From assembly GCA_000004985.1 (NCBI GenBank), contig GG738845.1: a DNA stretch of 64,000 nucleotides; one strand, given 5' to 3'. Under the pieces are notes generated by a model. That model was given only the letters and a program-made list of their open reading frames with translations. It was not told the DNA's origin and made no database searches. Below are positions 11,210-20,520 of this stretch, one piece after another; position 1 is the stretch's first letter; each line of letters starts with the position of its first letter. This stretch comes from Naegleria gruberi (Eukaryota). The translations under genes were made by a program, and so were the position numbers.

Positions 11210-12493
11210 ATGAGCAATGATGAAATAAACATTGAGGTGGAAGGATTTGATGGCAGTGTTGGTGGATCTTCAGAACAAATTGAAAAAAGAAAAGAAATAA
11301 TTGATGAAAGTGATGAGGATGAAGTTGATGATCCATTAAAACCTGAAATGAACGAAGATTCCCTTATAACCCTAGAAAATATTTATGAGGACAGGATGGT
11401 TTTTGATCCTTATGATAACATCCATGAAAACGGAAAGCTTAATTTTGCAACCAAAAACAACAAGAATTACCTTAAAATTTTCTCAATAACATGGAATATG
11501 ATGGGTCTATCTTCTCCAAATGAGGAATATTTACTTTCATTCATTCCAACAAATAATTATCATATCTATTGTTTTGCAACTCAAGAGTGTGAGAGATCTA
11601 TTGGAACTTCCGTAATCATTGAATCAAAAGCAAAATGGGAAAAGACACTTAACTCAATTATGGGAGATTCATATATTCAACTTGAAAGTTGTACATTAGT
11701 AGCAATACACTTGATAATATTTGTACGAAAGGAACTATTAACACAAATAAGCAATGTAAGAACTTGTAGTGTTCCTACTGGTTTATATAACCAAATTGGA
11801 AACAAGGGTGGGGTTTCGATTTCTTTCAAATTAGGAAAGCGAAAATTTGTTTTTATTAATAATCATCTCCCAGCTCACCAAGAAAATGTAAAAGAAAGAA
11901 ATGAAAGTGTAAAGAGAATTATTGATTCTATCGACTATGAAGGGAAAATTCAGCAACAACCCTCAAAAACAAAAGTGAATCCAGCGGTTTCACAATCCAA
12001 TTTTACTCTATTTAAACGAGCAGATAGACCAGACATTCTCAAAAAGAACAACTTTGTGTTTTATATGGGTGATTTAAATTATAGAATTAATGGAAATAGA
12101 AAAGTTGTAGATAAGGTCTTGAAAATGAATGATCTTAAAGTTCTTCAGCTAAATGATCAATTAATTCTTGAACGAAAAAAAGGAACAGTTGACCTAAAGC
12201 ATTTTTCTGAAGGAGAAATAATCTTCCCACCAACTTACAAATTTGAGAAAAATTCAAACCAATACGACCTCAGTAAGAAGCAGAGAATACCTGCTTGGAC
12301 TGATAGAATTCTCTTTAAACCTTCTAAAAAGGGTAAAATCCACCTTGTTGACTATAATTTTTTCCCACAAGTCAAATATTCTGATCACAGGCCGGTCTAT
12401 GCTTTATTTCTGGTTGATTGTCCAGGTGTAATCCTTGAAACCACAAGCCAAGAACCAAATGCTTCAACTTCTCAAGTTTGTTTGGTGCAATAA
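11210..12493 (+). CDS. Inositol polyphosphate 5-phosphatase (synaptojanin/OCRL-type catalytic domain)
   Basis: Family motifs are present: YMGDLNYRI, PAWTDRILF and SDHRPV. 427-aa single exon. Confidence 0.85.
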   Translation: MSNDEINIEVEGFDGSVGGSSEQIEKRKEIIDESDEDEVDDPLKPEMNEDSLITLENIYEDRMVFDPYDNIHENGKLNFATKNNKNYLKIFSITWNMMGLSSPNEEYLLSFIPTNNYHIYCFATQECERSIGTSVIIESKAKWEKTLNSIMGDSYIQLESCTLVAIHLIIFVRKELLTQISNVRTCSVPTGLYNQIGNKGGVSISFKLGKRKFVFINNHLPAHQENVKERNESVKRIIDSIDYEGKIQQQPSKTKVNPAVSQSNFTLFKRADRPDILKKNNFVFYMGDLNYRINGNRKVVDKVLKMNDLKVLQLNDQLILERKKGTVDLKHFSEGEIIFPPTYKFEKNSNQYDLSKKQRIPAWTDRILFKPSKKGKIHLVDYNFFPQVKYSDHRPVYALFLVDCPGVILETTSQEPNASTSQVCLVQ

Positions 12494-12540
12494 TCTTTCT
12501 AAAAGAAAATACAGTTTAAAAATTGCATCAATTAAAAAAT

Positions 12541-13229
12541 ATGTTTGTTACTGTAGTGATAAAAGATACACTAATCATTAAACCAGAACGATTCAAAAAG
12601 GATATTGTTACAGCAGTGGAAGATGAAATTCATATGAAATATTCTAACAAAATTCTTCCCGATGTAGGATTGTGTGTGTCGATATATGATTTTATTTCAA
12701 TAGGAGATCCTCATATTTATCCAAATCAACAAGGAAATTATTTTGTGGAAGCAAGTTTTAGGTTGATAGTGTTTAAACCATTTGTTGGAGAAATTATTAC
12801 AGGAAGAATAATGGGATCGGATCCTGAACAAGGCCTAAAAGTAGCTATTGGATTTTTCAACGACATTTACATCCCACCCTATTTATTAGCCCAACCATGT
12901 AAATAGTATGTTTATTATTTTCAGCAAATTTATTAATAATAATTAAATTAAGTGATGAAGAGACAAGCCAGTGGCAGTGGATTTATGAAGACAATGCTCT
13001 TCCGTACGCCCATCCACAAGAAATACGATTCCGAGTAAACTCTCTAACATTCAACACCACCATAGATTCTAATCCTCCTCGTCACACAGAGGAGAGAAAC
13101 AAACCACCAACCGAAGACAACCAAACACAAGATGAGGAAAAAGCACCAATGATCATCACAGGAAGAGCCAATGAGCCTGGTCTTGGATTGACATCATGGT
13201 GGACACAGTCTGGAGATGAAGAACAATAA
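12541..13229 (+). CDS. RPC8: RNA polymerase III subunit RPC8 (Rpc25/POLR3H, Rpb7-like); two exons 12541-12898 and 12925-13229 joined by a 26-nt intron
   Basis: Exon 1 (VGLCVSIYDF...FRLIVFKPFVGEI...VAIGFFNDIYIPP) and exon 2 (QWQWIYED...EIRFRV...EPGLGLTSWW) both align to POLR3H. The intron 12899-12924 (GTAAAT..TTTCAG) restores the frame. Confidence 0.75.
12899..12924 (+). other. 26-nt spliceosomal intron, the shortest seen in this window
   Basis: GTAAAT donor and TTTCAG acceptor. Removing it gives a continuous RPC8 alignment. Confidence 0.65.
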
Positions 13230-13303
13230 TTCACCAACTTCAAAGGCCTATTATTAGAAAATTATCATCATTATTTTAATAAAATTATAACAAAAAAAAT
13301 AAC

Positions 13304-15581
13304 ATGTTGAATAACCATCTTCACGATCAAACCACTGGAACATCATCAAATCGTCTTCAATCGGAAGATAAAAAAAGGAAAAAGAAAGAAAAAGAAGCAA
13401 AAAAGAAGAAGCAAAAATATGAGGAAATTTTAAACGATCTAGATAATGAAGTAGCAAAAAAAGCCCAGGAAAAGCTTGTGAGTGATATTTTCAGTCAAAA
13501 GAAGGACGTTCAATTTGACCATTCAAATTTGGAATTAAAACCTGACCATAAACTCCGTCCAGTTTGGGTTTGTTCAGGTACTGATGGCAAATTTCATATT
13601 TTCATGGAGACCTTTTCACCAATTTATCAACAGGCTTATGATTTTCTTGTTGCTGTTGCTGAACCTGTTTCACGTCCTGAAAATCTACACGAATATGTAT
13701 TAACTGAATATTCTCTCTATGCAGCTGTCAGTATTGGTATGAACACCGAACAAATTATTCAAGTTTTGGAGAAGCTAAGTAAGGTTAAATTATCCGAAGC
13801 TCTCATCAATTTTATTAGAGATGTAACAAGAAAATATGGTAATGTAAAATTAGTTCTGCAGAAAAATAGATTTTTCGTAGAGTCACCCCATTTGACTATC
13901 ATGGAAAAGTTATATGAAGATAAAATCATTAGTGCAGCTGCTATTGTTCCTGATCCAAATGAGTTTCCAAATGTTGATAGATCCAAAAGATTTATTATTA
14001 GAACACGATCAAAACAAAATGAATTGGAAAAGTTTCAAAAGCAAGCTCTTGCTAATACATCAACTGTAAATAAGGGATCTAAAATTCAAACTGAAATGAT
14101 AAGAGCTGTAAATCAAATTGGAGATGATGAAGATGATGATGCTGATGATGATTTTGATATTTCTTCAGCAGTTGAAACGTTTTATTTATTCGAAATTAAT
14201 CCAACAGAGGTTGAACATGTGAAAAAGCAATGCATTCAGATNNNNNNNNNNNNNNNNNNNNNNNNNNNNNNNNNNNNNNNNNNNNNNNNNNAGTCAGTGT
14301 ATTGAATGGAAGAATCAATTTAAATTATGGAGTACTATTGATGAGAATCGTGTAGTAGTATTTACTTCTCAGGAGAAGGATGCTTTACCAAAAGATGATG
14401 ATCCCTTAATCATCATTACAACATACACTATGATTACCCATACCAGAAAGAGAAGTGGTGAGGCAAAGGAGGTTATGGATTACATTCAAAGTAGAGAATG
14501 GGGATTATTAATTTTAGATGAGGTCCACGTCGTTCCCGCCAACATGTTTAGACATGTTGCGAGTGTAAAGTCTCATTGTAAATTAGGATTGACAGCCACT
14601 CTTTTACGTGAAGATAACAAGACAGACGATTTATATTTTTTAATTGGTCCAAAATTATATGAAGCTAATTGGCTTGATTTACAACAAAAAGGCCATCTTG
14701 CTAATGTGCAATGTGTGGAAGTTTGGTGTCCCATGACTGCCGAGTTTTTTGCTGAATACTTAACAGCCAATGCTAAGAAAAAGACTTTACTTTATGTTAT
14801 GAATCCAAATAAGTTTAGAGCTTGTGAATTTCTGATTAGATACCATGAAAAGCAAGGAGACAAAATCATTGTTTTTAGTGACAATGTTTTTGCTCTCCAA
14901 GAATATGCTGAAAAGTTGGGGGTACCCTACATTTTTGGTAATACCAAACAACAAGAACGTGTTTATTATTTGAACCAGTTCAGAAATACTAACCATTATA
15001 ACACTATTTTCATCAGTAAGGTTGGTGATACAGCAATTGACATTCCTGAGGCAACTGTGATTATTCAAATATCATCTCATTTTGGTAGTAGAAGACAGGA
15101 GGCTCAACGTTTGGGTCGTATCCTTCGTCCAAAAGGTGGTGGACTTAAAAATCAACAGGCCTACTTTTACACACTAGTTTCTCAAGATACACAAGAAATG
15201 TTCTTCTCCACAAAGAGACAACAATTTTTAATTAATCAAGGCTACAGCTTTAGAGTCTTGCCTGATATTCAAAAGTATTACAGGCAAGGTGCTAATGAAA
15301 TGGGTCTAACTCTCAAACACATGAATACCAAGAAGGAAGAATTAGACATGTTGGCTATTGTAAAAAAGGCTGAAGATGCAAGAGGCCAAGAAGAAAAGAT
15401 CAACGTTGATGATGAAGTTGAAAAATCATCTAGTAGTCTTGCTTCAATCTCTGGTGGAAATGAAATTTATTACCATTCCTATGAAGCTTCTACAACAACT
15501 TCCAGAAGAAGAGGTAAAGCTACCAAAGTTCCTTCTACTGTGCATCCACTTTTCAAAACCAGAACCCAACACAAGGATTAA
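13304..15581 (+). CDS. XPB: TFIIH helicase subunit XPB/ERCC3/SSL2. An assembly gap at 14241-14291 interrupts the helicase core; the gene appears otherwise intronless.
   Basis: Track ORFs 13304..14305 and 14430..15581 both carry XPB-specific blocks (for example [21 protein letters not shown] and [19 protein letters not shown]...[11 protein letters not shown]). Confidence 0.9.
14241..14291. other. Assembly gap (51 N) inside XPB
   Basis: Run of n characters. Confidence 0.99.
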
Positions 15582-15676
15582 TTTCTGAAAATAAACCATG
15601 CATGTGCCTCTACTACGTAGTCTTTACTCTGTAAATTGTACAGTTTTACCATCAAAAAAAATTACAGTAGGCTGGA

Positions 15677-16690
15677 ATGTACCTTACTAAAACCGTTCTT
15701 TTGTGCGGTTTGTTGTTGGTAGTGGTTTTGCTCTCTTGTGAAGTTGCCACCAAAAAACCAAACTTTCCCCTTTTATTTAATGAATTTGGAAGTAACTTGA
15801 AAAATTATACTTGCCTCACAGATAGGTTGGCCCAAGCACCAAATTCCAGAAATATTATTAAGTTTTTAGAAAAATACGTAGAAGAAGAAAATAATCTGTA
15901 TGAAGCATATGAAAAATCCCTAAATAACGTACTATTGAACAAAAAGATTGTTCAAGAAACAAGTAAAAGAATACCATCTATGGAGGAAGAAATCAAACTC
16001 TTTGGTGATGTGAATAACTTTGCCAAATTATATGAATTGAAAAATAAGAATAATCTTGAAAATCAAATCGATTCAGTAATTAAAACAACGACGGAAGCTT
16101 TGGAGGATGCTAAGAAATCTTTAAATCAACGAAAGGATACTGGTGATTCATTAATGAAAATTTATTTAGCTGCTTTAGTGGACTATGAATTTAAGAGGGA
16201 AGAAAGAGAAAAAATTTTCAACTCAACACTCAAAACTTTTGGAAAAATTAAGGAAACAAATTCTACAATTCTCTGCAATATTATTAATACTGAAATTAAG
16301 CAAAACCTCTTGGATTGTTCTTTGGTTCGTCCATTCTCACATCGTTCCAACCAAATCCCACAACAAATTCCTCAAAAAACACAAATCAAATCTATTTCAC
16401 ATATTATTAAATCAGGACCAAATGGAGGATCAAAATCATTAAACGTGGACATGACACAATGGAAGAAAGGACAAACTTTCAAAGTTGCTGTAAAGACATC
16501 CAAAGTTCATATTGGGTTAGTTTTCTCAATACTCAACCATGCAAGCAAGCCAATCTGGAGGTACGAAATTCCTCAAGAAGGAATAATTACTTCTCCAACT
16601 TTGACCTACACTGAAGGTGGATACATCACATACACTATTTCTTTGAGCTCTAATTCAGAGGATTTACAAGTAGTTCTTACTGCAGAATAA
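15677..16690 (+). CDS. Hypothetical secreted protein, 337 aa, with an N-terminal signal peptide
   Basis: Hydrophobic N-terminus (MYLTKTVLLCGLLLVVVLLSCEVA). No recognisable domain. Confidence 0.55.
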   Translation: MYLTKTVLLCGLLLVVVLLSCEVATKKPNFPLLFNEFGSNLKNYTCLTDRLAQAPNSRNIIKFLEKYVEEENNLYEAYEKSLNNVLLNKKIVQETSKRIPSMEEEIKLFGDVNNFAKLYELKNKNNLENQIDSVIKTTTEALEDAKKSLNQRKDTGDSLMKIYLAALVDYEFKREEREKIFNSTLKTFGKIKETNSTILCNIINTEIKQNLLDCSLVRPFSHRSNQIPQQIPQKTQIKSISHIIKSGPNGGSKSLNVDMTQWKKGQTFKVAVKTSKVHIGLVFSILNHASKPIWRYEIPQEGIITSPTLTYTEGGYITYTISLSSNSEDLQVVLTAE

Positions 16691-16701
16691 TATTTGTGGT
16701 T

Positions 16702-19056
16702 TTATTGCTTTGATTTTGGAGTCAAATCATAGTCAACCAAATCTATAAAGGATTTGATGTATTCATCTACATTTTCTTCATGTTTTCTTTCTTTGATCAA
16801 TCTTGCTGCTCCAGCAACCTTACTCTTGTAAACAATAATATCTGATGGAGATAGTTTAAATCCAGTTTCTTCGAACATTTTCTTTAGGAATTCGCGAGCT
16901 TTTTCCACATATCCTTCATCTACTAATCTGAAAATCATATGTTTGTATGCTTGATAAGTTGGTTGGACACCATTTTGTTTCATTTCATCAAATAAGAGTA
17001 GTGCACTTTCTGTCCTCTTCAATCTACAGTACATCCTTACTAAAAGCGTATATGCTATTCCTGTTGGTTGTAGATTATGTTCTGTGTACTTATTTTTGCA
17101 CAATTCCAAGGCTTTTTCCACTCTGAGAGCATTGGTAAATACTCCCAATAACGAATTGAGTGTATATTCGCTGATTGGAAGATTAGTTTCTTTCATTTTT
17201 TCATAAACAGCAAGAGCATCTGAAATGTTTTGGTTTTGTTCTTTTGTGAGGTTCTTGTTGCCTTTCTGTTGTTGAGCAATACTAAAACAGCTAAGGACTG
17301 AATTGTAAGTGTGCTCAGTTGGCTTAATACCTATCTCTTTCATTTTCAAAAGAACCTTTTTCATTCTGGCAACACTTCCATCATCTGCACATGCATTGAT
17401 GAGAGAATTAATAGTATAAATATCTGGTTTGTAACCGTACAGCTCCATTTGTTCAGCTAACTCAAACACTCTGTGACGAAGTTCTTTTCTTTTGGAATAT
17501 GCTTTGATAAGAGTATTGAATGTTACTTCTGTAGGTTCTATCATCATTTGTTGCTCCAATCTCCTGAAAAGCATCATGGCTCTTTCTGCTTGGCCTCTCA
17601 TAGCACATGCATTTATCATTGTTGTAACAGTTACTTCATCATGAGGAATACCATAAACCATACCCATAGCCATGTAATGATTCCAAGCTCTCTCTAAATC
17701 TCCTTTCTTTATACAACCTTGAATAAGGTCAGTATGAATAACAGTATCTGTTGGTAAGTTGTGAGAACGCATTAATTCTACCATTTGGAAAGCTTCATCT
17801 ACCTTTCCAGCCCTTACCATTGCATGAACTACTATACTGTAAGATACAATTGTAGGACTAATGTGGTATTCACTTTGCATTTCTCTCAAGTAACCATAGG
17901 CCTTCTTGTAATCTCCTCTAACAGCACAAGCTGTCATTACAGCATTGTATGTGTATTCAGAGGGTAATAATAGATCATTTTCATCAATTTCTGTTTGTCC
18001 ACTTAAAATTGCAGCCTTTCTCTTCTCCAATATATTTGTCAATATTTGGGGAGAAGGTCCTAATGATTTAATTTTCTCCAATGTTTGCTCGGCTAATTCC
18101 AATTTTCCTTGCATAGCTTGGCATCGTATAAGATAGTCAAAATTCTTAATTGTTAAAGGTTTGTTGTCGAAATATTTGTGAATATCTGTTTCCTCAGAGA
18201 GCATTTTCATTTTGTCTAATTGAACTAGAGTACTAGTTGGTGTGAGTAGTTTAGTAGTTAACTGTGACCAGTTTGGGTCATCTCGTAAATAAATATCCAT
18301 ATGACCCTCGGTAGTTTCTTCAAATCTTAATCTTTCTCTAATATTTTCTGGAATAATTTTACCTTGTCTCCAAAGTTTTACAAGTCTTGGAGATTTGAAA
18401 GGTACTAAACTTTCTGGAGACTCTGGATTGAATTTGGTAGTATCTAACTGCCTCTCAGCGATTGATTTTTCTGAAGACTTGATTGACTCATTTTGATAAA
18501 ACCCTTTTCTATTTGAAAGGGATCTTGGAGGGGCTTCAATCATTTGATTTTCAGATTCTGCTTCAATGATAGGTGACTGGATTTTTTCTCTAATTATCTG
18601 TTCATCTCTTTCCTTACTCTTTTGAATCTTGTTTCTTCTTTGTTGTTCTTTTCTATTGGAAGCCTTTTTTTCAGATTCCATAGAACTGAATTCTTCCATA
18701 GCATTTTCCAAGGCCTCTCGTTGATGTTGTGATAATTTTAATGCATTTGGATCTACTCCTAGATGCTTTTTTGTTAATTGTTCATCATTTAACAAATTTC
18801 TATTCGGAACAACTTTTTGTGAAAGAGTTACTAGGTTATCTTTTTTTCTAGCATAGACTGTTTTTGCTGGTTTTACCGGATTGTTATGATTAGTCTTATT
18901 GGAAGAATATAATCCGTTGCTCAATTTTAAATTAATATTATAAAATTGTAATCCCGAGTAGTCATCGGTCTTTAGAATATTCTCTTTTTGCAAACTTTTC
19001 AAATTTATTTTTGAAATTCTTTTTTGTACTGTTTTGCCTGTGATGAGTTTTTTCAT
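16702..19056 (-). CDS. Pentatricopeptide-repeat (PPR) protein, 784 aa, probably an organellar RNA-binding protein
   Basis: Tandem 35-aa PPR units (for example TYNAVMTACAVRGDYKKAYGYLREM and TFNTLIKAYSKRKEL). Its stop lies 11 nt from the stop of the convergent upstream gene. Confidence 0.8.
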   Translation of the reverse strand: MKKLITGKTVQKRISKINLKSLQKENILKTDDYSGLQFYNINLKLSNGLYSSNKTNHNNPVKPAKTVYARKKDNLVTLSQKVVPNRNLLNDEQLTKKHLGVDPNALKLSQHQREALENAMEEFSSMESEKKASNRKEQQRRNKIQKSKERDEQIIREKIQSPIIEAESENQMIEAPPRSLSNRKGFYQNESIKSSEKSIAERQLDTTKFNPESPESLVPFKSPRLVKLWRQGKIIPENIRERLRFEETTEGHMDIYLRDDPNWSQLTTKLLTPTSTLVQLDKMKMLSEETDIHKYFDNKPLTIKNFDYLIRCQAMQGKLELAEQTLEKIKSLGPSPQILTNILEKRKAAILSGQTEIDENDLLLPSEYTYNAVMTACAVRGDYKKAYGYLREMQSEYHISPTIVSYSIVVHAMVRAGKVDEAFQMVELMRSHNLPTDTVIHTDLIQGCIKKGDLERAWNHYMAMGMVYGIPHDEVTVTTMINACAMRGQAERAMMLFRRLEQQMMIEPTEVTFNTLIKAYSKRKELRHRVFELAEQMELYGYKPDIYTINSLINACADDGSVARMKKVLLKMKEIGIKPTEHTYNSVLSCFSIAQQQKGNKNLTKEQNQNISDALAVYEKMKETNLPISEYTLNSLLGVFTNALRVEKALELCKNKYTEHNLQPTGIAYTLLVRMYCRLKRTESALLLFDEMKQNGVQPTYQAYKHMIFRLVDEGYVEKAREFLKKMFEETGFKLSPSDIIVYKSKVAGAARLIKERKHEENVDEYIKSFIDLVDYDLTPKSKQ

Positions 19057-19075
19057 TTTTTTTTAATTTAAAAAA

Positions 19076-20464
19076 ATGAAATCGTTAAAGAAAAGCTCGC
19101 TGCTACGATTAGCTTCAACATCGGCTTTCTTTTCAGCTTCAACAAGTCATCATATTTTTCAATCAAAATTCTATTCCAGTTCTCAATACGATGTCAAATC
19201 TTCTGGAATTGCAAAGGAAAAGGTGGAGAAGAAGTTGAGTAAAATTGAAAGACTCTTTTCCAAGAATACATCATCCAAGAAGAAGAATTATCAAACAGTA
19301 GAGGCACAAACCAAAGCTCCGAGCCCTCTTGCAACTCCACTTCCTCCATCAAGCGGTACATCAACAAAATCAAAACAAAAACTTCCAGAAAATGAAATGA
19401 TAAATAGTTTAATTAGTGGTTCTGGTGTAAATTTAACACCAGAAGAAATTGAAAAAGCAAAGGACACCCTAAACCCTTCCAAAAAGCAATCCTCCATAAC
19501 ATCTCCAATTTTAGGAAACAGATCGTTTTCAGAAGATGAAGTAGATGATGCCTGGATGGAACAAATGAAAGGCCCTTTTTATTATCGAACAATAATTAGA
19601 TTAATTGAGAAGCAGAGATATCTTTCCGAACAAGATAGAAATTCTCTAATAAGCTATGTCAAAAAGGAATTCAGGGATAGAAGTAAAAATGTAGAAGCTC
19701 AATATCAAATAGCAGATAACTTTGTTCACATAATGAGGGCAAAAGATTTAAAAAGTGCTCAAATTACTACTGATGCTTTGGATAATAATCAATTGGATGA
19801 ATCAAAAGAATTGACCTATTGGAATGAATACTACAAACAACATGGATATGTAGAGGAATGGTATTGTGATTGGGATGTAATTAAAAGCTATCTTCCAGAA
19901 GCAATTCTAAAGTTAAAAACCAAACCAAACAAGGAGTCTTTACAAATTTTAGATATTGGTTGCGGCTTGTCAACAGTTTCATTACATTTAACAGGTCATA
20001 TGGAAAAGCAGCTTTGCTCAGTTACATCAATTGACATTAGTAATATGTTGATAGCCCTGATGTCTGATTCGTATGCTGATATTGCTGATATAATTTCTTT
20101 CAAACAAATGGATGTTAGAGATTTGTCTTTTGAGGACAATACTTTTGATTTTATTTTTGATAAGGCAACTTTTGATAGCATACTGTCTTTTGATTCTTCA
20201 ACCATTTCAGATCTCACCTCCTATGAATCTGAAGTTTATAGGACCCTAAAACCTGGTGGTGTTTTAATGCTTTGTAGTGTAAATCCTTTTGAGGGCATTG
20301 AAGGGTTCTTCTCTGGACAGACCTGGTCAAGCATAAAATTAGCAGGAAGTAAAAACCTATTGGAAGACCACACTACCAATAATAGAAGTTTACAACTAGC
20401 AGATGACAGTGTGCTTGGAAATGCATTCCTACATTTTTATCATATCAAAAAGCCAACCGAATAA
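19076..20464 (+). CDS. Class I SAM-dependent methyltransferase of the Efm4/METTL10-like family, with an N-terminal extension of about 240 aa that may be a targeting sequence
   Basis: Motif I (ILDIGCGLS), YWNEYY...EEWY, and LKPGGVLM. Its start codon is only 19 bp from the divergent PPR gene start. Confidence 0.6.
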   Translation: MKSLKKSSLLRLASTSAFFSASTSHHIFQSKFYSSSQYDVKSSGIAKEKVEKKLSKIERLFSKNTSSKKKNYQTVEAQTKAPSPLATPLPPSSGTSTKSKQKLPENEMINSLISGSGVNLTPEEIEKAKDTLNPSKKQSSITSPILGNRSFSEDEVDDAWMEQMKGPFYYRTIIRLIEKQRYLSEQDRNSLISYVKKEFRDRSKNVEAQYQIADNFVHIMRAKDLKSAQITTDALDNNQLDESKELTYWNEYYKQHGYVEEWYCDWDVIKSYLPEAILKLKTKPNKESLQILDIGCGLSTVSLHLTGHMEKQLCSVTSIDISNMLIALMSDSYADIADIISFKQMDVRDLSFEDNTFDFIFDKATFDSILSFDSSTISDLTSYESEVYRTLKPGGVLMLCSVNPFEGIEGFFSGQTWSSIKLAGSKNLLEDHTTNNRSLQLADDSVLGNAFLHFYHIKKPTE

Positions 20465-20520
20465 AAGGAAAAGTTTACTGCAGCTTAATTCGAAAAAAGG
20501 GAATTATTCAATAAGAGTCA

